The translations under genes were made by a program, and so were the position numbers. Of a DNA stretch of 64,000 nucleotides, positions 40,353 through 50,400 are shown piece by piece. This DNA is from a virus. The stretch is taken from the IMG/VR virus record IMGVR_UViG_3300045988_131075, positions 29,671 to 93,670 of that record. One strand, given 5' to 3'. How positions within the stretch are numbered: the first letter of the stretch is position 1; each line of letters begins with the position of its first letter. The notes under the pieces are model-generated. The model made no database searches and had not been told where the DNA came from. It was given only the letters and a program-made list of their open reading frames with translations.

Positions 40353-40524
40353 TGAAAATGTTAGTAATAAAAAATTAAAAAAAGTATTAGCGCACGAATT
40401 AACTCATGCTGCTATTTTTAGCTATGATATTTCATTAAAACCAGAAGAAGAAGAATTGATTGCGGATTTGGTGGGAACTTATGGTGAAGAAATTATAAAT
40501 AATACTAATCTTTTATTTAAATAG
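40306..40524 (+). CDS. Minimal ImmA/IrrE-family (DUF955) metallopeptidase domain with a HEXXH motif.
   Basis: TIYINENVSNKKLKKVLAHELTHA is followed by a PEEEELIADLVG segment, which matches the ImmA pattern. The upstream homology continues in the other frame. Confidence 0.4.
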   Translation: MEQLLLIYPTSTIYINENVSNKKLKKVLAHELTHAAIFSYDISLKPEEEELIADLVGTYGEEIINNTNLLFK

Positions 40525-40533
40525 ATAAAAAAA

Positions 40534-40580
40534 ATAAGGGAATGAAACTATTTTTGTTTCATTCCCTTATTTTTTTTATT
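40534..40580. terminator. Bidirectional intrinsic terminator.
   Basis: The aataagggaatgaaac / gtttcattcccttatt stem is flanked by A7 and T8 runs. Confidence 0.55.
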
Positions 40581-41007
40581 AGTCTTTAAGCGGTAATTTT
40601 AAAGTCCTTTCATAGTACTCTTTAGCCTATCCATTTCCACCTAAACCTGCATACACTTTAAAGAATTCGACTAACTATTCATATTGTACTGAAGTCATAT
40701 ATCCTTGTTTTAAGAAACTTTGACATAACTGAATTAATCTAAATCTATAAGAAGCAAGAATTATTTCAATATATCTTTCACTAACTTTCTTTTCTTCCAA
40801 TACAAAAGATCTTAAATTATTTAGATCTTCTTTGATTGGAGCTATATGCTCTTCAATTAATTCTTCTAATTGTTCATCTTTCTTTTCTTCTGCCAATTTT
40901 TGATACATTTTCATTTGAGTATAAATATATCTACAAAAGGCTAAGAGGCCAGCAGAAATAAGACCAAAAAATATTTCTATAAAATGCTAGGCAATAAAAG
41001 TAGACAT
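40579..41007 (-). CDS. Small membrane protein, about 142 aa, with 3 TAG codons.
   Basis: RBS GGAAGGAGG precedes the ATG. It has a hydrophobic N-terminus. Track ORF 40675..40914 is an internal fragment. Confidence 0.45.
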
Positions 41008-41084
41008 AAAAAATACCTCCTTCCATTAACTTCTAATATATTTTAAAAGAAGGGAAGGAGGATTATTTATTTAAGGCCTATCTA

Positions 41085-41597
41085 TTATTCCCAATTAAAA
41101 TCATTATTGGAACTTTCTTTCGTGAAATACGCGGTATATAAACATATGGCATCGCATACATCATCATTGGCTTTTATATTATATTTTTGCTATACAAAAT
41201 CAATATCGGCTTGTTTAAGAGTTTCACGTTTAATACTGCGTCCGGTTTTAATTCCAAGTTTTTTTCGCCATTCACTGGCCTACATCAGCTCTAATGTTTT
41301 GGAAGTAAATGAAGAATTAACTCCATGTGCGCCTAACATTACTGCGCCTTGAAGCCACATTAATAAACGTGAAGTATCAGAATATCCATAAGTTTCAGGA
41401 TGAACATCTTCTGCTACTATCTTCTCTATATTATATTTTTTTACTAATTCAATAATCTAATCTTGTATTTTTTGTATTCTATCTAAATTATTAGAGGAAA
41501 TCGCGGTTAGCAGTCCATAATCTAACATTTCTCCCTAATTATTAGATACACAATAACCAGTAGATTTAGTAGATAAATCTAAAAAGAGGATATTCAA
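41085..41597 (-). CDS. ruvC: RuvC-like Holliday junction resolvase, about 170 aa, with 4 TAG codons.
   Basis: TTG start after AAGGAGG. It carries the LDLSTKSTGY and DDVCDAI motifs. The standard-code track missed it. Confidence 0.55.
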
Positions 41598-41630
41598 GTA
41601 ATTACCTCCTTTCTTTAAGGTTTGAGGTAA

Positions 41631-42149
41631 TTACTTTGAAGTTGAGCCAAATCCTCCAAAGCGGTCACCAGAAGCATTATCGTCTTCGGTGATTAAATAA
41701 GGTTTAATAATACCTTGACCAATAACATCACCTTTATGAAGTTGAATATCAAAAGGAGATAAATTAATCATTTGAAAATAAATATGTCCTTCATTGTCAG
41801 GATTATTATAATAGTCTGCATCAATAATCCCAACGCCATTAGCAAGAATAAGCCAATATTTTAAAGGACAAGAACTACGAACTGATAATTCAAGATATGT
41901 ATTATCATTTAATTCACATTTAATTCCAGTAGGCACAAGAGTTGGTTTTACCTTAAGATTTTTTGTCATATTACCCATATCTTCAAGAGAAATTGAATCA
42001 AAATAACGTGTTGGAAATCTATTTAACAAATTCTTGTATGCTGGAATTACAATATCTTCCGCTACTGTAAAATCGTAGCCTGCGGATTTTGCTGTTTTTC
42101 TTACAGGCAAAACCGCATCAGGATATTTGCTTACTCGTTCAAACTTCAT
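41631..42149 (-). CDS. dut: dUTPase.
   Basis: It carries the GVGIIDADY and RFGGFGSTSK motifs. Confidence 0.65.
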   Translation of the reverse strand: MKFERVSKYPDAVLPVRKTAKSAGYDFTVAEDIVIPAYKNLLNRFPTRYFDSISLEDMGNMTKNLKVKPTLVPTGIKCELNDNTYLELSVRSSCPLKYWLILANGVGIIDADYYNNPDNEGHIYFQMINLSPFDIQLHKGDVIGQGIIKPYLITEDDNASGDRFGGFGSTSK

Positions 42150-42397
42150 TAAAAGCTTACCTCATAATTTACATCAATATTACTAATAGGATCTTTTTCA
42201 TCATTGAATTTCTTAACAAGAGTGACTTGATACCATTCATCGACAATTTCACCCTTAGCCTTTTTTTCTTTCTTTACTGAACTATACTTAGCTAAAATAT
42301 ATTTAGTTTCAGCCTTAGCCTCATCAATAAGCGCGGCCGCACTTTCCTCATTATCTACGCGATAAACTTCCGTAGCACTTACAAGATACTTATTCAT
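42149..42397 (-). CDS. Hypothetical protein, 82 aa.
   Basis: Track ORF, tightly packed in the operon. Confidence 0.4.
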   Translation of the reverse strand: MNKYLVSATEVYRVDNEESAAALIDEAKAETKYILAKYSSVKKEKKAKGEIVDEWYQVTLVKKFNDEKDPISNIDVNYEVSF

Positions 42398-42657
42398 TAA
42401 CCTACCTCAACTTTAATTTCTTTTCTATTGGAATAATTTAAACTATTACTTTCATAAATTTTTGGAATTAATTCATTAATAAAATCTTCAATGCCATATA
42501 AACGTATAGTATCAGTATCGTTCTTATAACAAGATGCTACTAAAACATTTGGAAGATCAGAAATACTACAAGTTCCAATAGTTACTGCCATTCCATCATC
42601 ATAAGTTTTAAAAACATTTTGTTCCATTGAAAATAAATTAATATTACAAACAATCAT
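42397..42657 (-). CDS. Hypothetical protein, 86 aa.
   Basis: Track ORF with start and stop overlaps. Confidence 0.4.
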   Translation of the reverse strand: MIVCNINLFSMEQNVFKTYDDGMAVTIGTCSISDLPNVLVASCYKNDTDTIRLYGIEDFINELIPKIYESNSLNYSNRKEIKVEVG

Positions 42658-43191
42658 TTAATTACACTCCACAATACCAGCATCATATTGGAATAAATAA
42701 AAACAATAAGATTCATTATCAATATTTATCCAAATCTCAATAGCGCCATTATTATTTTTTTCCCAACCAACAATACTTCCCAATTCTTGACAAAGTATAA
42801 TTACCATACTCGCCAAAGAACCAGTTGAAATAATTGGAGGAATATTTTTGTGAAAAATGGTATAATAATTATAATCTTTACATAATAACATATAATACAT
42901 TCCATATTCACTTATTTCATTAATACTACTCATTAATTTATTTAATTCTTCTTCATTAATTGGATCCATTTGTATCATAATATTTTTATTAAAATCATAT
43001 AAATTCATTCCAGTTTGAAATGTAGTAGAATTATCTGACAAATTATTAGTAGTAGTTCCTATCATTACCCATTCATTTCCAGTGTAACAATATTGTTTCT
43101 GATCCTCACCAGAAATGGCAATAGTTCCTTCTTTGAATTTACGAGGGGAATTATATAATTCTCCCATCGTATTAGTATAAAAAACATTCAT
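42658..43191 (-). CDS. Hypothetical protein, 177 aa.
   Basis: Track ORF. Confidence 0.4.
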   Translation of the reverse strand: MNVFYTNTMGELYNSPRKFKEGTIAISGEDQKQYCYTGNEWVMIGTTTNNLSDNSTTFQTGMNLYDFNKNIMIQMDPINEEELNKLMSSINEISEYGMYYMLLCKDYNYYTIFHKNIPPIISTGSLASMVIILCQELGSIVGWEKNNNGAIEIWINIDNESYCFYLFQYDAGIVECN

Positions 43192-43272
43192 TGTTATATA
43201 ATCTCCTATCTATTTCATAGAAAAATTATATCACAAATTTTCTTTTTTGTCAAGTTTTAAATTAATAATGTT

Positions 43273-43725
43273 CTAATTGCGGGAACCGCGCAAAGGCAGA
43301 GTGATATCTCTTTCCTTTTGGATATATGGTCCATCAATTAGGTAATCAGCGGTTTTTAATATATTCTTAATTCTAATATTATTACTATTCTTTAAATTAT
43401 CATAAATATATCCAGTCCATATATATATTTTAATGTTTGGATATATTTTTTTAATTTCAGTAATAATTAAATTAGTTAAAAATTCATTTTCAGGGCAGAG
43501 GGGTTCCCCACCCATAATACAAAGATTACGCTCAACATTATTTGCATTAATAGCAGCAATTAATTCATCTAATACTTTATTAGTAAATTCTTTGCCACCA
43601 TTAAAATCCCACGTTTCAGGATTCTGGCATCCTTCACAATGGTGCGGACACCCTTGTGTAAAAAATGATACACATACTCCGGGTGCCGCTGCCAAATCAT
43701 TTTTTATAATTCCTGCATATTTCAT
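43273..43725 (-). CDS. nrdG: Anaerobic ribonucleotide reductase activating protein (radical SAM).
   Basis: It carries the GCPHHCEGCQNP Cys cluster. It overlaps the nrdD stop by 4 nt. Confidence 0.7.
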   Translation of the reverse strand: MKYAGIIKNDLAAAPGVCVSFFTQGCPHHCEGCQNPETWDFNGGKEFTNKVLDELIAAINANNVERNLCIMGGEPLCPENEFLTNLIITEIKKIYPNIKIYIWTGYIYDNLKNSNNIRIKNILKTADYLIDGPYIQKERDITLPLRGSRN

Positions 43726-46700
43726 TCTAATACTCCCGTATGTTTTACTCTTGCTTCAACTTCTTTTTGTTTACCCCAGTTAAAAGCAGTTTTATAATTA
43801 CCTGTAAGATAACCGGTCACACGACGTAATTGCTGAATATTATGGCTTCCACACACTGGGCAAGAATCATTAAATTCATCACAATAACCGCATTCAAGGC
43901 AAGTGTCATTAGGAACATTTACTGCGAAATAAGGAATATCGTGATCCATAGCATAATTAACAATAGTTTCAAGAGCATCAATATTATGTTTTACAGTAGA
44001 ATCAAGTTCAACATAAGTAATACATCCTGCGGATGAATAACCAGTCAGCTCAGACTCAATATCAATTTTTTCAAATGGACTCATTTCTTTCCACACCGGA
44101 ACATGAATACTGTTAGTGAAAAATTCTCTATCACTAACATTAGGGATAATTCCATACCTTTCTTTGAATTTCGTCATAGCTGTATAACAAAGATTTTCTG
44201 CTGGAGTATAGTATACACCAAAATTTAACTTATATTTTTCTTTGTATTCAGCACATCTTTCTTTAAAGCGCTTTTCAATCTTCTTAGCAATTTTCATACC
44301 ATATTCAGTGGTATGGTCTTCACCAACAAGAATTTGAAGGGTTTCCGCAAGACCAATTTGACCAATAGCAAGAGTTCCATGTTTAAGAGCGGAACGAATT
44401 CCTTCTTCTGGAACATAACCAGCCATGACATTATTTTCATACATAAATCTCGCAGACCCAGGGTCTTGAGAACAAATCCATTCAAAACGCTCCATTAATT
44501 GAATACGTGCTTCATTAATCTTTCTATCAAGCAAAGCTAAGAAAACAGGAATAACATCTTCTTCTTGTCCTTCTTTCTAACATTCTTCTTTTGCTATCAT
44601 AGCAAGAGTGGGAAGAATAATAGTAACAGGACAAATATTTCCACGTCCGTCTTTAAGCTGACCAAATCCGTTAATATCCCAGCCATTTGCAGTTCTACAC
44701 ATGATTACCCAATGTCACCATTGGCACTGACTATATTATCATTCTATCTATAAAATAGAGTTGTCTTCCGCTTCGGCTTGGTGCCTATCTCCAAGCCTAC
44801 TCCCTTACATTCATCAGGGATAGTCGATACACTTTATTCATCATAATATTCAAATTTCCAAGTATTTTTAAATGGACTTTTAATTTTTCCATTTAATCTA
44901 TTTGTAACAGAAGTTTTACCATTCTAAATTCCACAAGCTTTAGCACAACTAATAATAGTATCAAAAATATCTATTTCATTAGTAAAAATATTTATTCTTT
45001 TTATTTTTTTAGCCATAGGATTTTTACTTCCTACTTTAGTTTGTCGAATTTTATTTTTAATAACTTCTATTTCTTCATCAGTTTTAGATTGATAAGTATT
45101 TCCACCGCATTTAGAAATAGCGTCCGTTTCATTATAACCATCTATTACTGAATTATAATATTTAATCCAATATTGCTCTTTTTCGTTTAACTCTTGTTGC
45201 GTGTTTGCTGTATCAATTTCTTCTATAATAAAATTTTCTTTACCATATTTTCTTATTGCTCTGGCAAAATGAGTATCAAGAATATTATTAAGAGCATCAT
45301 TTATATGTCTTTGAAATCTTTGATTAATTGGTCTAATAGACTAACCAATGTATACTTTATTATTTTGAATATTTGTTATTTTATATATCCACATTAAGGA
45401 TACCTCCTTTATATGAATATTATGATGAATCTTAGCACGGTCTCATCTTAATATTACAGCCAATTATATTAAGACCTAACCGTTAGCCTCTTTATAGAGA
45501 CACCCGCTGGCGCGGTTCAAAAGATTTTAAATGGGCTGAGTTTTCGCTTACCCATTGTAGAGAAATAAGTGCGAGGATCATTGATATCATATCCTGCATT
45601 GCCAGACCAATCAACATTCGCATAATTAGGATAGAGGCGTCTCGCGGTGCTTTCTAATGCTAATCTATATAAATCATAATTAGGATCACTAGGCTTGCGG
45701 TTAACACCTTTCATACATTGGAAAATTCCACAAGGAAAAATCGAAGTTTTATGTAATTTACCAAGACCTTCAATAGAAACATCTAATAACGCCTTAGTTA
45801 CCATTCTGCCTTCTGGTAAGGTGCAAGTACCATAATTAATACTTGTAAATGGTAGCTGATTACCACTACGAGATTGTAGGGTGTTAAGATTATGATAAAG
45901 ACCTTCAGCTGCTTGATGAGTTTCACGGACAGTCATTTTCATAGCATATTTGTATGCTTTTGGAAATGATTTATAAAAATCATTATCAATAGGAGTTTCT
46001 TTATTATAACAGCCGTCATATTTACTCATATCTAATCCTTCATATAAAAACTCAATACCATCATTGAAATGTTTAAAGAAAGATTTTCTTACATAAGGAA
46101 CCATAGTCCAATCCAAATGAGTAGCACTAACTCCACCAAACTAACAAAGACTTTGAATTTGGAAAATAACAGCAATTAATTGGAATGCTGTATTAATTGA
46201 GCCTGCTGGACGAACATCCGCTTGACGAGTATTAAATCCATTAGCAAGTAAATCATCAAAAGGAATACTTAAACAGTTATGAGAACCAACATAATAAGAA
46301 TCAAGATCGTGAGTATAAATAATATTATCAATATGATTCTTACGAGCCATTGGTGAAAGTAAATAATCAAGTGCGAGTTGTTTGGTAACGACACTACTTG
46401 CTTCACCAGTGCGACCGCCAAATGAATGCTCGTCAACATTAGCATTTTGGTTTTTTACATTATTGCCATCAAGCTTCTCACGAATTGCTTTAATAAAATC
46501 ATCTTTTTTATTACGAGCAACTTCTTTTTTATATCTATATCTGATATAAGCACGAGCAACATCGCGTCGCTCAGAACGCATTAAATAATCTTCAATCCAA
46601 TCTTGAAGATCTTCTACTCCAACACTTCCATCAGGGAAATGATTTATTTGTCTTTCAATGTCTTCCGCAATATCTTTTGCGGTATCATCTTCATATAATT

Positions 46701-46809
46701 TACCATCAACTTCAATAAATGCTTTATTTATTGCGTTAATAATTTTCTTTTTATTAAATTGAGTTATACTTCCATCACGTTTAATAATATACAATTTTTT
46801 TGCCTCCAA
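43722..46809 (-). CDS. nrdD: Anaerobic (class III) ribonucleotide reductase NrdD, split by a group I intron. Exon 1 is 45550..46809 and exon 2 is 43722..44699. There is one TAG at 46141-46143. Together the exons give about 745 aa.
   Basis: TTG start after GGAGG. It has an ATP-cone domain, the segments GSHNCLSIPFD and DPNYDLYRLA, and the glycyl-radical C-terminus RVTGYL. The exon junction YFSTMG|CRTANG is supported by homology. Confidence 0.7.
44700..45549 (-). mobile_element. Group I self-splicing intron in nrdD.
   Basis: The P1 helix pairs exon 5'-AAUGGGU with the internal guide GCCCAUU, with U.G at the splice site. The intron ends in G. It encodes a homing endonuclease. Confidence 0.6.
44834..45394 (-). 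CDS. Intron-encoded GIY-YIG homing endonuclease, about 186 aa, with 2 TAG codons.
   Basis: RBS GGAGG precedes the ATG. The motif reads IYKITNIQNNKVYIG[TAG]S, then RKYG and EQYWIKYYNS. The TAG falls on the conserved Gln of YIGQS. Confidence 0.65.
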
Positions 46810-46854
46810 ACTAAATATAGTAGTTCTTTTAGAATATTCTACTATATTTAGGTT
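46808..46854 (-). promoter_or_regulatory. Pair of NrdR-box-like elements that also form a 12-bp perfect inverted repeat, lying in the nrdD leader.
   Basis: aaactaaatatagtag at 46808-46823 and ctactatatttaggtt at 46839-46854 match 12 and 11 of the 16 positions of the NrdR-box consensus acaCtAtATaTaGtgt. They are spaced 31 bp apart. Confidence 0.3.
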
Positions 46855-46868
46855 TTATTAGTAAATAA

Positions 46869-47474
46869 TTATTTATCTTGGTCCATTTCCGTCCATTGCT
46901 TAACTTTTTGAGTTAAAAGATTAACAATATTATTATAATCTTCCAATGTTTCATTTGTCACAATATTGCACTTAATATCATTCATTAACTGAAATTGAAT
47001 TTCATCAGTAGTATATCTTCTAATGATTTCATTTACATCAGGATTTTTTTCTCTATTTAATTGCCTAATTAAGCGAGTTTTTCCTTTTGCAGTGATATAA
47101 TATATCTCTAATTCAATTCTATCATCTTTAAGAAGACTTATAATTCCTTCGGGATTAAAAACACCAATATTAACTTTACTATCAGACAAACTATCAATAC
47201 TTGTGCCATAATACCAATTGTTAAAAGAAGTGGTTTCTAACATTTTATTTTCATCAATTAAAGTTAAAAACTGATCATCTGAAACAAAATGATAATTTTT
47301 GTCTGCTATTTCTTTTTCACGCTTTGGGCGCGTAGTGTGGCTTATAATAGGATTTAAATATTCCTCTAAGCGGGAAAAGGTAGCCATCATTAGGCTATCT
47401 TTTCCTGCACCAGATTTTCCACATAATGCAATAATTTTATACATCTTCTTCAATTCCTCCTTGATAACGAGCAT
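46869..47474 (-). CDS. Guanylate kinase-like nucleoside monophosphate kinase.
   Basis: It has a GKSGAGKDS P-loop and the motif HTTRPKREKE ... YHFVS. Confidence 0.5.
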   Translation of the reverse strand: MLVIKEELKKMYKIIALCGKSGAGKDSLMMATFSRLEEYLNPIISHTTRPKREKEIADKNYHFVSDDQFLTLIDENKMLETTSFNNWYYGTSIDSLSDSKVNIGVFNPEGIISLLKDDRIELEIYYITAKGKTRLIRQLNREKNPDVNEIIRRYTTDEIQFQLMNDIKCNIVTNETLEDYNNIVNLLTQKVKQWTEMDQDK

Positions 47475-50400
47475 CTTTTAAAACTAAATCGCCATTGCAT
47501 AAAATTTCATCAATTTTATATAATTGATGCCCTCCAGAAGAAGCATATTTTTTTGACATGAAATTATCTCCATTGCGGATTCCAGAGACTACAATCATAT
47601 TTCCGCGATTAAACCAAGATTTTTCAACAATATGTTTGGTTCCATCTGCACCGCGCTCTGAAATTTGTTTATCAAATAAACTAAAATATTCTTTTCTAAA
47701 CTTTACTTCTACAGGACCAGTAGTAGTAAGAATAGTTACAGTGCTTTTAGTTTTATTTTTGGCAATACAAGTTCCACAAATTTTAAATAACTTATAAATA
47801 TGAATAGTATGATTTCCTTTAGTAAAACTTCTATCAATTATTGGGTCTTCTGGAAGTTTAAAGAAATCTACAAATCCATATTTATCATTGTTAATATTGT
47901 TTAATTCATGAGTATGATAATAATAACAAAGAACTTCCATTTCCCAAGCGGATAGATTATTTTTATTAGCGTATTTATCCCAATCATCTTTAAATATTTT
48001 TATATTCAGATTATTCAAAATTTCATCTTTATTATTAGCAATCCAAGTGCGAAATATATCCATCCACTTTTGGTATATACCATTCCAAATATTTTCACTT
48101 AAAGCATAATTAGTTCCATCAAATTGAATATTATTATCTTCTCCAATTTCTACTAAGAAATTAATAGCTCGTTCATCAAGTTGATATAAACCATTATTTT
48201 TTGTAGTTTTACAAATTGCTTTTAAATATCTATTAAATTCATAAATACGGCGAGCCATAATTTGATTTTTATTTTCTTCTGGAAGAAGATCATACTTCAT
48301 AAGTCCGCCCATATTTTGAAGAGTAATTCTTTTCTTTTTGTCGCAAGTTTCCCAAATATACCAAATCATTAATTCTTTTCTATCCATCATATTATCAAAA
48401 GCTCCGCCTTTAATAAGAGAAATCATAGCTTGTTTACCTGGCTTAATACGATATAAAAATTCTTTAGGATTTGAATAAGGGCGATTGGCAATGATTGTAT
48501 TAACTAATTCATCACCAACATTTAGCATACCTTTTAGTCCAAAAAGGATTTTATTATTTTCAATATCAGGGGCAAATCCAAATTTAGATTTGTTAATATC
48601 AGGAAGACCTACTTCAATTCCTGCTTTTTGAATGTCACTAATAGCCTTGGCAATTTTTCCATAATCAGTAGCCGCGGTTTTGCGGATTTTGCCACTTTTG
48701 TCAGGAAGATCTTCAAATGTTACTCCATTAGCTAAATCATCGCCTTCAGGAGCATAAATATCGACAATCTCTTCTTCGCTATTATCTTCAAGGGAACCAC
48801 TATTAACAATTAAACAAGCGGTATCCCAATAGATAGGATTAAAATGAATTACTAAGTAAATCATTTGAATTGCTACAAATGAATAAGGAAGGGAATGGTT
48901 AAGGCTAAATGCATATCCTAATTGAGGAGCAACTGCAATTTCCCAAAAGTATTCAGCAGATTTTTCATTATCAAATTTACTAAATACTTGTTCTCTCAGT
49001 TGTGGAATTTTAGCCATTTGCTTTTTAGCAACAATCTTACGCGCAGTATTAGCTTCACCAAGAGTAAAATGAGCTACATCCATAAGGATTTCCATCATTT
49101 GCTCTTGAATAGGACAACATCCATAATATTTATCACAATGCTTATGCATCTTATCAATTAATTCTTGTGGAAGATGCTGAGCCTTCATTTCATCATCAAA
49201 TACTTTAATACCCGAATGTTGAATGCGATAATATCTATCTTGCTGTGATTCCTTGCCTTTTTCAGACATAAGACGCATCATAGCATTTGCCGCCGTCATT
49301 TCCATAGGGTCTTGGGGTTTAAGACGTTTCGCAATTGCTAAACCAACTCCCGTAGAAAATTGGAATACATCTAATACATCACCCGCGGCAAGGTGGTCCC
49401 AAATTGCTTGGTCAGTTGTATCTATTACTTCTGGATGAATATATTTATTATAGAATTCTCGTAAAGATAATTCTGGAATTTGTTTATCTTTTAGAAGTAA
49501 TTGATAACAAGTAATAATTTTGTCAGAAGCTTCAGTTACAAGGAAGTCATATTTTGTATCTCCCGCGGCTTCCGCTTTATGAAGATCCCAACAAGTAATC
49601 ATATCTCCACTAGGAGTTCTCATAAATGATGCTGTATCAAATGGATCGTCACCATACAAAATAACGCCAGAAGCATGAGAAGAACGTTTATTAACCATTC
49701 CTTCAATATATACAATAATATTCAAAAGACCAGGATATTGGTTTACTTCTCGAATAAATGCTTGAACGGGTTTACGGTCTTTTTCTTCATTACCATAAAT
49801 AACATCATGAATAGGCCATAAAAATCCACGTTCTTGGGGAATTAATGAAGACATATATTGAGCATTATCAACATCAATTCCTTTTGGAAATTCTTCACTT
49901 CTATATCCACGGCAAGCAGTTAAAATACTTTGTTTAGTGCCTTCAGTTCCAAATGTAGCAACTTGAATCAATCCCAATTCTCCGCGTTCTTTTCTAATTG
50001 CTTTGAAAATCGCGGGACGTTTACTTGGGGCAAGGTCAATATCAATATCAGGCAATTCCGCGCGCTCCTTATTTAAAAATCTCCAATAAGGAAGTCCCCA
50101 ACGAATTGGGTCTAATTGAGTAATGCCTAAAAGATAATTGGATAAAAAGCCAGTCGCTGAACCACGTCCAGGACCTACAATACTTCCACATTCCCAAAAT
50201 AAATTAATATAATGTTGGAAAGTATTAAAATAAGCAAAAAGACAATCATCTAATTTTTCACCGATATCTTTTATGATATCAGCTTCAATTTCAAGTCGCT
50301 CTAAATAATTTTTATTATCATAAAGTTGCTTTTCTTGTAAAGCTTTAATACATTCATTTACCCAATATCGTTCTTGAATATTGTCGCTATTAATTAAAGA

